Positions 35,900-46,000 of a stretch of 64,000 nucleotides of DNA are shown one piece after another. The notes below the pieces were generated by a model. The model was not told the origin of the DNA. It was given only the letters and a program-made list of their open reading frames with translations, and searched no databases. A program made the translations under genes and the position numbers. The stretch lies in assembly GCA_963736335.1 (NCBI GenBank), contig CAVTOC010000006.1, forward strand, positions 650,140 through 714,139, in the 5' to 3' direction. Origin of the DNA: an uncultured Actinomycetes bacterium (GTDB taxonomy: Bacteria; Actinomycetota; UBA4738; HRBIN12). The first letter of the stretch is position 1, and every line of letters begins with the position of its first letter.

Positions 35900-37834
35900 A
35901 TGATCCGCCGACTGGCAGTGCGCCGACTGGCAGCCGTCGCGTTCCTGGTGCTGCTCATGCTCGGCCCGGCGCTCGCCGCTCGTGCCGACGACTACGACGC
36001 GGAGATCAGCGCGATCGACAACGCGTTCGACGCGGGGATCGTGCGTATCCAGCCGGGCGGATCGGTCAGTTGGTCGAACGACGGGAACAGCCCCCACACC
36101 GTCACGGCGGACGACGGTTCCTACGATTCCGGCAACCTGGATCCCGGGGCGACGTACACGAAGGAGTTCGATCAGCCGGGCGTGTACTCGTATTTCTGCA
36201 AGTACCACGGAGCGCCGGGCGTGGGCATGACCGGGATCGTTGTCGTGGGCGACGTCCAGATCCCGAGTGCGACCGGTGGTGGAGTGGGCCCGGGCCGCGA
36301 ACCGTTGCCGGGCGGGTTCGCGGCGACGGTGCGGGTGCCGGCGGACTATCCGACCGTGCAGGAAGCGGTGGATCACGCCGAACCCGGCGGCATGGTCCTG
36401 ATCGCGCCCGGCGTCTATCACGAGTCGGTGGTCGTCACGACGCCCTACCTCACGATCAGAGGTGAGGACCGAAACCGAACGATCCTCGACGGGAAGGACC
36501 GGCTCCCGAACGGCCTCCACGTGATCGAAGCCGATGGCGTGTCCATCGAGAACCTGACTGCGCGGCACTTCGTGCTGAACGGGGTGCAGTGGTCGAGTGT
36601 CTTCGGCTTCCGCGCGTCGTACGTGACCGCGTACGACAACGGCGACTACGGCATCTACGCGTTCGACTCGCAGTACGGGCAGTTCGACCACTCGTACGCC
36701 GGCGGATCGCCGGACTCCGGCTTCTACATCGGGCAGTGCGATCCCTGCCACGCGCTGATCACGGATTCGCTCGCGGAGCACAACGCCATGGGGTACTCGG
36801 GGACGAACGCCGGGGGCGACCTGGCCATCGTGAACAGCGAGTGGCGCGACAACATGGCCGGTATCGTGCCGAACACGCTCGATTCCGAGGCGAACCCTCC
36901 GCAGCGCGACGTGCTGATCGCCGGGAATTACGTGCACGACAACAACTCGACGACGGCGGACACGAAGGATCTGGAATACCCCACGTACGGCGTGGGGATC
37001 CTGATCGCCGGTGGTGTCGAGGACACGATCACGCAGAACCTGGTCGAGGACCAGGCGACGTACGGCATCGCGATCGTCCCGAACCTCGACGCGAACCTCT
37101 GGCCGACGCGCGACAACGAGGTGCGGGACAACGTGGTTCGCCGGAGCGGCCGGGCGGATCTGGCGCTCGGCGCGCCGTCGGCCGGAGGGGACTGCTTCTC
37201 GGGGAACCACCCGGCCACGAGCGTGCCGCCGCATATCGAGACGTTGTACGGATGCGAAGGGCCGTCCCTGAGCATGTTCGGAGGCGGCGACCTCGCTCCC
37301 ACGGTGAACACCGGCATCCGGTTCCTCGATGCGTTGGACGGCCGGTTCCCGCACGGGGACTGGAGGGAACAGCCGACCCCCCGGCCGCAGACGCAGATGA
37401 AGGATGCGACGACCGCGCCCCCGTTCCCCGCGGATCCATCGGGACTGCCACAGAGCTATCGGATCCGCGACCTCGCCGGTATCAGGCCGGCGCCCGGGCC
37501 GCGGGTGAGCGAGCAGGTGCTCGTGTTCGGGATCCCGCTCGCCACGTCGTGGTGGAGCCTCATCCTCGGCCTGTACGCGTACGTGCTCCCCGGGTTCCTC
37601 TACGCCGCATGGCTGACGATCGCGCTTTGGGACCTGATCCGGCAGGAGTCGGTACCGGTTTCGTTCCGAGCAAGATGGATGGCGGTGGTGATCCTGGTGC
37701 CGTTGTTGGGACCGATCCTGTACTACGTCTGGGGGCGCTCGCCGATACCGAGGCAGCTTCGGCTGATGCTCGTCGCCGGCGGCGCCCTGGTCTACGTGTT
37801 CATCGCGGTGCTGGCTGCCGTGCTCGGCGGCTGA
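35900..37834 (+). CDS. Membrane-anchored cupredoxin / right-handed beta-helix (NosD-like) protein with a C-terminal PLDc_N-type small membrane domain
   Basis: Signal MIRRLAVRRLAAVAFLVLLMLGPALAARA. Type-1 copper ligand pattern SPHTV ... YFCKYHGAPGVGM (36191-36229). Beta-helix repeats follow (GVSIENLTARH, GIYAFDSQY, GNYVHDNN, GIAIVPN). The C-terminus has WWSLILGLYAYVLPGFLYAAWLTIALWDL and RWMAVVILVPLLGPILYYVWGR. Confidence 0.75.
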   Translation: MIRRLAVRRLAAVAFLVLLMLGPALAARADDYDAEISAIDNAFDAGIVRIQPGGSVSWSNDGNSPHTVTADDGSYDSGNLDPGATYTKEFDQPGVYSYFCKYHGAPGVGMTGIVVVGDVQIPSATGGGVGPGREPLPGGFAATVRVPADYPTVQEAVDHAEPGGMVLIAPGVYHESVVVTTPYLTIRGEDRNRTILDGKDRLPNGLHVIEADGVSIENLTARHFVLNGVQWSSVFGFRASYVTAYDNGDYGIYAFDSQYGQFDHSYAGGSPDSGFYIGQCDPCHALITDSLAEHNAMGYSGTNAGGDLAIVNSEWRDNMAGIVPNTLDSEANPPQRDVLIAGNYVHDNNSTTADTKDLEYPTYGVGILIAGGVEDTITQNLVEDQATYGIAIVPNLDANLWPTRDNEVRDNVVRRSGRADLALGAPSAGGDCFSGNHPATSVPPHIETLYGCEGPSLSMFGGGDLAPTVNTGIRFLDALDGRFPHGDWREQPTPRPQTQMKDATTAPPFPADPSGLPQSYRIRDLAGIRPAPGPRVSEQVLVFGIPLATSWWSLILGLYAYVLPGFLYAAWLTIALWDLIRQESVPVSFRARWMAVVILVPLLGPILYYVWGRSPIPRQLRLMLVAGGALVYVFIAVLAAVLGG

Positions 37835-37850
37835 GCAACTCCAGAGCGCG

Positions 37851-39335
37851 CTAGATAGAGATGTCGTCCCTGATCGCGGACAGCTCGTCGGCAAGGGCCG
37901 GATCTGCGGGCATGTCCTCCGCGAAGTACCACCAGAAGACGCCACCGACGGACCAGCTGTACCCGAGGGAGGCCCGATAGATCTGGTCGAGCACGATCCG
38001 GCGAGCCCGTTCGGGGTCGTGGGCATCGCCGTACCACCACGCCCTCGACGTTGCCGGACCCCAGTAACCGAGCTCGCCGATCCCCACGCGCGCGCCGGGA
38101 AGGGCGTAGTGGAACGCTCGGAGGATCCGGTCGTACGCCAGCCCGAGGGGGGCGTCCTCGACCCAGGTCGAGAGCAGGAAGACATCGGTGTCTTGGATCG
38201 TCGACGGCTTGAGCTCATCCCGGATCCAATCGAACGTCGACCACTGCGGCGCGTCGGTGCCCATCTGCCAGTACAGCGTCACGACGACGATCTTCTCGGG
38301 ATGGCTTCCGTGCAGCCAGGTGGCGGCCTGATCGATGCGGTCGCCCATCCCGGGACCGAGCCAGCCCCCGTTGACCTCGTTACCGATCTCCCACGCGTCC
38401 ACCGCCGGCAGGGCTCTGACCGCGCGTTGGATCCGCTGAAGGTACGTCGATCCCGGGAAGGCCTTCGCGTAGAAGGAGTCGATCGGCTGCCCTAGGACCT
38501 TCAACCCCTGGCGGTGCGCCCGATGCACCGCCGGTGCGTACGCGGAGAAGTCGGTCCCGGGATCCATGACGACGCGCACCCAGCCGTATGGATCGGTCAG
38601 TCGGCCGGCAAGATCCAGGTTGGAGACGGAGTGGTCGGTCGTGTCCATGGTGACGCCGAGCCACGGTGTCATCGACGCGGGCGACTTCGCGAACTGCGTA
38701 CCGTAGTCGGCGAGCAACACGTCGTTCGCGAGGGCGAGGTGATCGAGCGCGAGGGCGCCGTACCGGCCTCTGGCCGAAGGTACCGAAGAGGCGTTCGCCG
38801 TATCGATATCCGTCGCGGCCGCGTCGTATGCCCCGTTGAACGCCGCAGACCGCACGAACGAGGGCCTGATCGCGAGCTCCTGATCGAGCATGCGCTTGGC
38901 GTCGATCGCAGCTCGATACGTGAAGTTGACGACCCCACCGCGCCTGAACCCTGCTCCGCCGTTGTCCAGGATCAGCAAGGAATAGCCCCGGGTCGTCGGC
39001 CAGTTGACCGCCAGCGCGACGGGCCGGTCGGGCAGGGTGAAGGAGAGATGACCGGAGCCGTCGGTGTAGAGAGGGTGAGCCTGGACGTCGTACAGGAAGG
39101 TGGGATCGATGAGCGCGTCGTTGCGCCAGCCGGCGTTCCCGTTCGACATCCGCGACCTCGCGCCCGCGGCCGAGATCTCGTGCCCCCGGCGATCGAAGAA
39201 TCGCATCTGCACCGTTCCACCGGACCGGGCCGGTGCGGCACCGATGTGAGGACCTGCGACCGCCCCCAGGAAGACGCTGATGATGACCATGTTGCAGCCC
39301 ACCGCCGCGATCCCGGGCATGAACCTCCGACGCAT
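37851..39335 (-). CDS. Secreted glycoside-hydrolase-like (clan GH-A TIM-barrel type) protein, family unassigned
   Basis: Start at ATG 39335 gives MRRRFMPGIAAVGCNMVIISVFLGAVAGPHIGAA. WEIGNEVNGGW (about 38368-38392) and VGIGELGYW (about 38061-38085) resemble the acid/base and nucleophile strands of clan GH-A enzymes. The Arg-rich 192-aa track extension was rejected. Confidence 0.6.
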   Translation of the reverse strand: MRRRFMPGIAAVGCNMVIISVFLGAVAGPHIGAAPARSGGTVQMRFFDRRGHEISAAGARSRMSNGNAGWRNDALIDPTFLYDVQAHPLYTDGSGHLSFTLPDRPVALAVNWPTTRGYSLLILDNGGAGFRRGGVVNFTYRAAIDAKRMLDQELAIRPSFVRSAAFNGAYDAAATDIDTANASSVPSARGRYGALALDHLALANDVLLADYGTQFAKSPASMTPWLGVTMDTTDHSVSNLDLAGRLTDPYGWVRVVMDPGTDFSAYAPAVHRAHRQGLKVLGQPIDSFYAKAFPGSTYLQRIQRAVRALPAVDAWEIGNEVNGGWLGPGMGDRIDQAATWLHGSHPEKIVVVTLYWQMGTDAPQWSTFDWIRDELKPSTIQDTDVFLLSTWVEDAPLGLAYDRILRAFHYALPGARVGIGELGYWGPATSRAWWYGDAHDPERARRIVLDQIYRASLGYSWSVGGVFWWYFAEDMPADPALADELSAIRDDISI

Positions 39336-39379
39336 GTGACCCTCGCGCACCTGTGCGAGACCGTCGAGAGCGGAACGCC

Positions 39380-40405
39380 TCACGGCCGGATAGGATCGAG
39401 TGTCGTGCCGACCGGGATCTGCTGGGTGATGCAGTGCGGACCGCCGCCGCCCTCCAGGATGATCGCGCCGGGGACCGAGACGATCTCGCGACCGGGGTAC
39501 GCCCGTCTCATCTGCGCGAGCACGGCCTCGTCGTTCGGCTCTCCATCGGCGGGAACGATCACGCCGCCGTTCACGAGGTAATGGTTCATGTATGCCGTGA
39601 CGGCAGGCGTCCCCGCGTCGAACTCCACGACCTCGATCGGTCTTCCCGCCGCGTCGTGAGCCGCGCGGAGCCGAGCCAGATTGTCCTGGCCCGAGACGTG
39701 GTACGGGTCGGCGGGATCGCCGGGCACGTCGAGCAGGATCGTCGCGGGGCTGAGGTACTGCGCGATCGCATCGATGTGACCGTCGGTGTCTCGGTCCAGC
39801 GGATGCCCCAGTCCGAGCCAGATCACATGGTCGACCCCCAGGTACTCGCCCAACGTCTGCTCGATCTGCTCGCGGGTCATGTCCGGGTTCCGGTTGGGAT
39901 GCAGGAGACACTGCTCGGTGGTGAGGAGCGTGCCCTCGCCGTCCACGAAGAACGACCCGCCTTCCAGGACCATCGGCGCCTCGTAGCGGCGCATCCCCAG
40001 ATGGGAGGCGATGTGCCTCGGGACCTCGGCGTCACGGTCGAACGGGAGGAATTTGTGGCCCCATGAGTTGAAGCGGAAGTGCACGAGGGCGACGCCGCCG
40101 TTCGCGTCCGTCACGAAGATCGGTCCGTTGTCCCGCATCCACGAGTCGTCGATGGGGAGCGGCAGGATCTCGACACCGGCGCCGCACATCGAACGCGCCT
40201 CGGCTGCCTGCTCGGGGTCGACGACCATCACGACCGGCTCGAACGCCGCCACCGCGTTCGCCATGGTGGCCCAATCCGCCTTGGCCCGGTCGAAGAGCGC
40301 GCCCCAGAAGTCGGTCCGGGTGATCGTCGGCCATTCCATGAGCGTGGCCTGGTGCGGCGCCCATTCGGCGGGCATCCGGAGCCCGTCCTGCCGCGGGGTG
40401 TTCAT
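39380..40405 (-). CDS. aguA: Agmatine deiminase
   Basis: MPAEWAPHQATLMEWP and the C-terminal catalytic GGGGPHCITQQIP. Confidence 0.85.
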   Translation of the reverse strand: MNTPRQDGLRMPAEWAPHQATLMEWPTITRTDFWGALFDRAKADWATMANAVAAFEPVVMVVDPEQAAEARSMCGAGVEILPLPIDDSWMRDNGPIFVTDANGGVALVHFRFNSWGHKFLPFDRDAEVPRHIASHLGMRRYEAPMVLEGGSFFVDGEGTLLTTEQCLLHPNRNPDMTREQIEQTLGEYLGVDHVIWLGLGHPLDRDTDGHIDAIAQYLSPATILLDVPGDPADPYHVSGQDNLARLRAAHDAAGRPIEVVEFDAGTPAVTAYMNHYLVNGGVIVPADGEPNDEAVLAQMRRAYPGREIVSVPGAIILEGGGGPHCITQQIPVGTTLDPIRP

Positions 40406-41121
40406 CGGTCGATCAGCTCGATACGCATCCGCTTGTTGGCCTTGCCCTTCGACTCGGTCTTGACGACACGGACCGTGCCGACCTCCGCGGTCGATCGGAC
40501 GTGCGTCCCGCCGTCCGCCTGCTTGTCCAACCCTTCGATGTCGATCACCCGGATCGGGTCGACGGTTTCGGGGATCAAGCTCACCTTCGTGCGGATCAGA
40601 TCGGGGTCGGACAGGGCCTCGGCGCGGGCGAGGAAACTGACGCGGACGGGGTGATCCTGCTGGAGCGCGGTGTTCAGCTTGGCCTCCACCTCCCGCCCGA
40701 ACTCCTGGCTGATCCCGTCGAGCTCGAAGTCCATCCGGGCGACGCCGGGTTCCATGTTGCCGCCGGTGACCTTCGCGCCGTAGTCGGTGAAGACGATCCC
40801 GGAAAGAGCGTGCAGCGCGGTGTGCGTCCGCATCAACGTGTGACGGCGTGCCCAGTCGATCTCGGCGGTGACGGGCGTGCCGACCGGCGGAGGGGCGGTG
40901 CCTCCGTCGAGCACGTGGAGGATCTCGCCACCGGACTTCACGGTGTCGACGACCGTGACCTGGCCCCCGTCCCAGCGGATCGTCCCCGTGTCGCCGGGTT
41001 GGCCCCCGCCGCGCGCGTAGAAGACGGTTCGATCCAGCACGATCCCGTCGTCCCGGACCTCGGCGACGATCGCCTCGGTCGTGGGCTGGTATGCGTCGCG
41101 CGAGGCGATCTCGTCGGTCAT
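40402..41121 (-). CDS. Alanyl-tRNA editing protein (AlaX-type, tRNA_SAD domain)
   Basis: TVFYARGGGQPGDTG, HTALHAL and GGTHV zinc/editing motifs. Confidence 0.8.
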   Translation of the reverse strand: MTDEIASRDAYQPTTEAIVAEVRDDGIVLDRTVFYARGGGQPGDTGTIRWDGGQVTVVDTVKSGGEILHVLDGGTAPPPVGTPVTAEIDWARRHTLMRTHTALHALSGIVFTDYGAKVTGGNMEPGVARMDFELDGISQEFGREVEAKLNTALQQDHPVRVSFLARAEALSDPDLIRTKVSLIPETVDPIRVIDIEGLDKQADGGTHVRSTAEVGTVRVVKTESKGKANKRMRIELIDR

Positions 41122-41146
41122 GAACAGGACGCTATCGCAGAACGCC

Positions 41147-42070
41147 TCAGACGGGAGGTTCGGCGGTCGTCGTGGTGCGGATCAACATCGCGAGCACGGC
41201 CCCGCCCAGGATGAGGACGCCGCCGAAGATCACCGCCGCGGTCACGGGCTCGTCCAGGAAGAAGTATGCGAGGACGGCAACGGTGAGCGGCTCAAGGACG
41301 CCGATGATCGCGTTGCGCACCGCCCCCACCAACTGCAGACCTGCGAGCATCGCGACGAACGCGCCGGCCGAGAAGACGATCATGCCGAGCAGTCGCCACC
41401 AATCGCTCGCCGCCGGGAACACGACCGCGTCGAACGCGATCGAGTAGACGACGTTGGCGAGACAGGCGCCCATCCCGAGCCACGCCGCGGCGGTCAGCGG
41501 GTCGGTCGTCCTGACGTTGCGATCGGTTCCGACCAGATAGGCGGTGTACGTGAACGCCGTGCAGAGCGCCAGGACGATCCCGATGGTCTCGATCTCGGCG
41601 CTCCCGCCGCCCAGAACGACGAAACCGCTGCCGACCAATGCGAGCGCCAGCGCCACGAAGAGCGCCCGCGGCGGGGCTTTGCGGTCGAGCCCGATCGTCA
41701 GGAGCATCACCCAGACCGGGTACGTGTAGAAGAGCAGCGTGATCGCGGCGGTGTTCCCGTGGTTCAGCGCGCTGAAGTAGAACGCCGCCTCGGAGCCGTA
41801 CCCGATCGTGCCGGCGAGCGCGAGCGGCAGCCGTTCCCCCTTGTCCGGCAACAGCGGCCGGCGGAACACGAGCAGCGCGCAGAGGAGCAACAGGGATTGC
41901 CCGCCGAACCGGATCGCGAGCATGACGAACGGCAGGTTCCCCGCTTCGACCTGCTTGCCGAAGATCACGACCGCCGCGAAAAGCACCGCCATCGCGACGC
42001 TCGAGAGCGAGCCGACGAGCTCGCCGCGCGGATCCGTGGCGCGTCGGGAGGAGAGGGCTTCGTCGGTCAC
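41147..42070 (-). CDS. EamA/DMT-superfamily transporter
   Basis: 307 aa with 10 predicted helices and a duplicated EamA pattern. Confidence 0.75.
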   Translation of the reverse strand: MTDEALSSRRATDPRGELVGSLSSVAMAVLFAAVVIFGKQVEAGNLPFVMLAIRFGGQSLLLLCALLVFRRPLLPDKGERLPLALAGTIGYGSEAAFYFSALNHGNTAAITLLFYTYPVWVMLLTIGLDRKAPPRALFVALALALVGSGFVVLGGGSAEIETIGIVLALCTAFTYTAYLVGTDRNVRTTDPLTAAAWLGMGACLANVVYSIAFDAVVFPAASDWWRLLGMIVFSAGAFVAMLAGLQLVGAVRNAIIGVLEPLTVAVLAYFFLDEPVTAAVIFGGVLILGGAVLAMLIRTTTTAEPPV

Positions 42071-42855
42071 GCGTCGGCGCCTTCCAGGAACGCCTTCACG
42101 CGGCCGACCAGCACGGGGATCGACGCCATCAGCTCCTCCTCACCGGACATGACGATCAGCTCGGCGTTCGGCATGAGCTGGGCCAGCACCCTGGCCAGCT
42201 CGGCCGGATGCACCCGGTCGCCTTCCCGGCCGATGATCATGGTCGGCGCGGTGACGCGGCGGAGCAGTTCGCGGTCTTCGACCGCGACGTCGCGCACCAC
42301 CTCGCGGATGGCCCGGGCGATCCCCTGGGGGTTCATGTCCTGCCACATGAGCATGTCGAACTCGCGAAGCCATGGGGCGCGCTCGTAGACCTCGACCCGA
42401 TCGGGCGAGGACAAGATGGCGTCGATGGCCTGGTCCTTGGACAAGCTCTCCAGGTACTCGGCGGTACGGTCGAAATCGCGATGGTCGCCGAGCGGCACAT
42501 CCAGGGCCGCGGGAAGCAGGAAGACGATCCGTTCGAACCGGCCGGGGTCCCGCGAGATCAGATTGGTGATCGCCCCTGCCCCGAGGGACGTTCCGACCGC
42601 CCGGGTCGCTCCGTACGCGGTGGCCACCGCATCGAGGTCGCGTGCGAAGTCGACGAACCGGTACCCGGTCTCGGGGACGCTCGACAGCCCGTGGCCGCGG
42701 AAGTCGAACCGCACCTTGGTGCCGGCGAGGAACGGCGTGAACGCCGCCAGCTCGTTCCGGGAGTTGGTCAGGCCGTGCGCGAACACGGTGACGGGCGGGC
42801 CGTCACCCTCCACCTCGACGTGGAGCGTCGCGTCCTGGGTCGTGATGTCGGGCAT
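42067..42855 (-). CDS. Alpha/beta-fold hydrolase
   Basis: VFAHGLTNS, GTSLGAG nucleophile elbow. Its stop is 4-bp coupled to the next start. Confidence 0.8.
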   Translation of the reverse strand: MPDITTQDATLHVEVEGDGPPVTVFAHGLTNSRNELAAFTPFLAGTKVRFDFRGHGLSSVPETGYRFVDFARDLDAVATAYGATRAVGTSLGAGAITNLISRDPGRFERIVFLLPAALDVPLGDHRDFDRTAEYLESLSKDQAIDAILSSPDRVEVYERAPWLREFDMLMWQDMNPQGIARAIREVVRDVAVEDRELLRRVTAPTMIIGREGDRVHPAELARVLAQLMPNAELIVMSGEEELMASIPVLVGRVKAFLEGADA

Positions 42856-43009
42856 GCGTCTGATCGGTCCCTCTGCCGTTCGGCAGAGCCTACGATGTCG
42901 AGCGCGGCGCGATACCGCGCGAGCGATAGTCGATCGACCGAGGACGACGGCACGACCTACTTCCCCGAGTTCGCCGGAAGAGGTCGGTCGTTGACGGACC
43001 GGCGCGTCG

Positions 43010-46000
43010 CTACTCCGCGCCGACCAGGTCCTCGACCAGGTCGTCCTGAGGAGCGAACTGGTCGCGGATGCGGCGCGACCACCGATAGATCACGAGCGTC
43101 AGCAGCAGGAAGATCACACCGGACACGACCAGGATCGCGCGCGTCCGCGTGGGGTCGTCCTCGATCCACACGAACGACAGGATCAACGCGGGGATGATGA
43201 AGCCCAGGTTGTAGGCGATGTCGAACAACGCGAACGCGCGGCCGCGGAAGTCATCGGGCATCGACTGCTGCATGATCGTGTCGGCGGAGATCTTGCCGAG
43301 GAAGAACGTGAAGAACCCCACGAACAGCAGGGCCGCGAATCCCGGGAGCGAGACCTGCGAGCCGAACACGACCGTCGCGATACCGAGCGCCAACATCGCT
43401 CCCATCAGTAGGCGGATCGGCGGGACGCGGTCCTTCCATTTCTGGGCGAGGACCAATCCGATCGCGCCGCCCAAGAACCCGCCCCCGCCGACGAGCGCCA
43501 GCCCCAGGTTGTCGGCGCCGCTCTGCACCAGGTTCTTCGCGTACAGCCCGAACGTGAAGAGGCAGAACCCCCAGAACTGGTAACGCAACATCTGGAACGA
43601 GGACAACCCGAGCGCCGCGGGGGGACGTGAGGCGACCTCCTTGAGCCCGGCGACGATGCTGGAGACGACCCGCTTCGCCTCCTGGGCGAACGTCGAATCG
43701 TGTGGCTGCATCTCCATGCGCTCGAGGCGGTTCGCGACCAGCGCCGCGACGACGAGCACACCGGCGCCCATGACCACGACCATCCACGACGGGAGCGCCG
43801 CGGCGGCACCGAACGCGAAACCGATGCCGATCACCTGGAAGAGCGCCCCGCCCGCCTGGGAGAGACCGTTGCCTTGTAGCAGGTCCTTGCCCGACAGCAC
43901 GTCGGGGATCGCCGCCGACTTAACGGCGAGCGCGACCCGCGTGCATCCCTGGATGAACAACAGCCCGACGATCAGGGCGACGGTCGCGCCGACGTTCCCC
44001 TCGGACGTGTCCTTTCCGAGCGGCAACATCACGGCGACCGCGACGATGGAGACCACGACCGCGGTGATGATGTTGGACAGGCTGAGGATCCGCCGGCGTT
44101 CGAACCGGTCGATGCCGACGCCGATGAACGGACTCACGAGCGTGTAGGGGACGTAGAGGGCCAGCACGACCTTCAACAGGTACTGCGCCGACGGCACGAC
44201 CGTGACGTCGAACCCCTTCTCGCCGCCGAACGCGATCGATTTCGCGAACGCGCCCTGGATGACCCCTTGGCCCGCCTGGACCAGGAACTGCACCCCGACC
44301 AACGTGGCGTACGCGCGGTTGGAGAACACCGAGAACATCGTGTTGAAGAAGCCACCGAACGACCCCAACACACGGTTCAAGCGTGTGTTGCCGAACCGCA
44401 GACCCAGGGCGAAGAGGGTGGCGAGGGCGACCGCGGCCCAGCCCTTGACGGTCGTGAGCGGCCCGCGCCAGACCGTGAGCAGCACGATGCCCGACAGCAA
44501 GGTGAGGGCGATCGACATCGCCGGGATGAGGCCCATCTTGCTGGGCGTGTCGTTCAGCTCGAACCAGTCCGAGGCGATCAGCCCCGGGAGGACGGCGAGG
44601 AAGAACAGACCGACGATCACGCGGAGCGTGTGCAGCGGATCGCCGAGCGGGCCGGGATGGTCGTCCAGATGCGCCTTCTCGGCGGCGGCGGCTGCGTTCG
44701 CGGCGGCCACGGTCTCGGACGACGGCGTGTACAGCCCGTCGCCGGTGATCACGCTGACATCGGGGCCGATCGACACGCCCTGCGCGAGCGCGGCTTCTTG
44801 ATCGAGACCACCACCGTAGAACTGGCCGACCAGGATCACGATCGGGTCTGCGTCGACGGCGCGCTCCCTCGCCTGGACCTCCTTGAAGTAGTCGCTCGAC
44901 GTCTGGGTGTATCCGGCGTCTTTGCCCACGGTCGGCTGCCCCGCGAGGTAGTTCTCGAGCGTCCCGAAATACGTGGCCGAGTACTGCGCGTCCTCGCCCG
45001 GCAACCCGGTGCGCATGATGTTCGTGTACGTCTTGGCCCACCCGTACGCCGTGGCGGTGTCGCCGAAGTTGGCGATCAAGATGTTCGGACGCACGCCCGC
45101 ATCGGCGACGGCCTCGTGGACGGCCGCCAGCGAGACGCGAGCGTCCTCGTTGATCCACTGTGCCTTCTCGCTGGCCCACCGATGGGCCAACCCGTCGTAG
45201 AAGACCCACCCGAGCGCTCCGACCACGGCGACGCTCGCGAGCACACCGGCGGCGCGCTTGGTCCCGTCCAACCGGAGGAACCAGCGGATCGCGACGAACG
45301 CTCCCAGCGCCGTGAGCGGCATGACGGCCGCCGTCGCGTTCATGAACCGGTAGTAGGGAACGACGGCGGACGTCAGGAACGTGAACGAACCGAGGAACGG
45401 GAGCATCCACCAGATCGAGACCATGTCGAACGTGTTGGCCGGCTTGCGCTCGCGCCGGGCGAGCAGGATCGTCGAGACGATCGCGACGACGATCAACGGT
45501 CCGATCACGAGCGGTTGCAGCGACCCGACCCACTGCCCCAGCCGGGCCAGGAAGAACGCCTTCGTGTACGGAGGCGGGAGCGCGGCGTCGGAAAGGCTGG
45601 CCGAGGGCCCCCAGATCCCGACCACCCACATCGCCAGGCCGGCGATCATGCCGAACCCGCAGGACATCAGCATCGGCCCGTCGGAGCGGAGCGCGGCGCC
45701 GAACGAGAACCGGCTGGTCAGGAAGTGGAATCCGAACACGGCGAGCAGGACGACGCCGAAGATGACGCAGGTGGTGGGGTGCGTGAACGCCGCCGCCACC
45801 GAGATCAGGAACACGGCGGATCGCGCGCCCCACGACGTTCGAGATGCCCCGAGGAAGGGGAGCAACGCGCAGAGCAGGAACAGCATCAGGGTGTTGTCCA
45901 GGTAACCGACGTACGGGATGGTCAGGAACAGCGCGGCCGCCACCAGCATGCAGAGCAGCACGATCAGCGGATCCCTCCGGCTTCGGTACGCCCCCGCGCC

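Noticed and set aside
35885-38218. 777-aa minus-strand ORF opposite the cupredoxin/beta-helix gene
   Set aside because: It is an Arg-rich antisense shadow, and it also runs across the convergent gene boundary at 37834/37851.
42875-42892. Small hairpin CTCTGCC-GTTC-GGCAGAG between the fusion gene and the hydrolase gene
   Set aside because: It has only a 7-bp stem, lies 120 nt from the upstream stop and lies inside what is probably a continuous operon. That is not convincing as a terminator.
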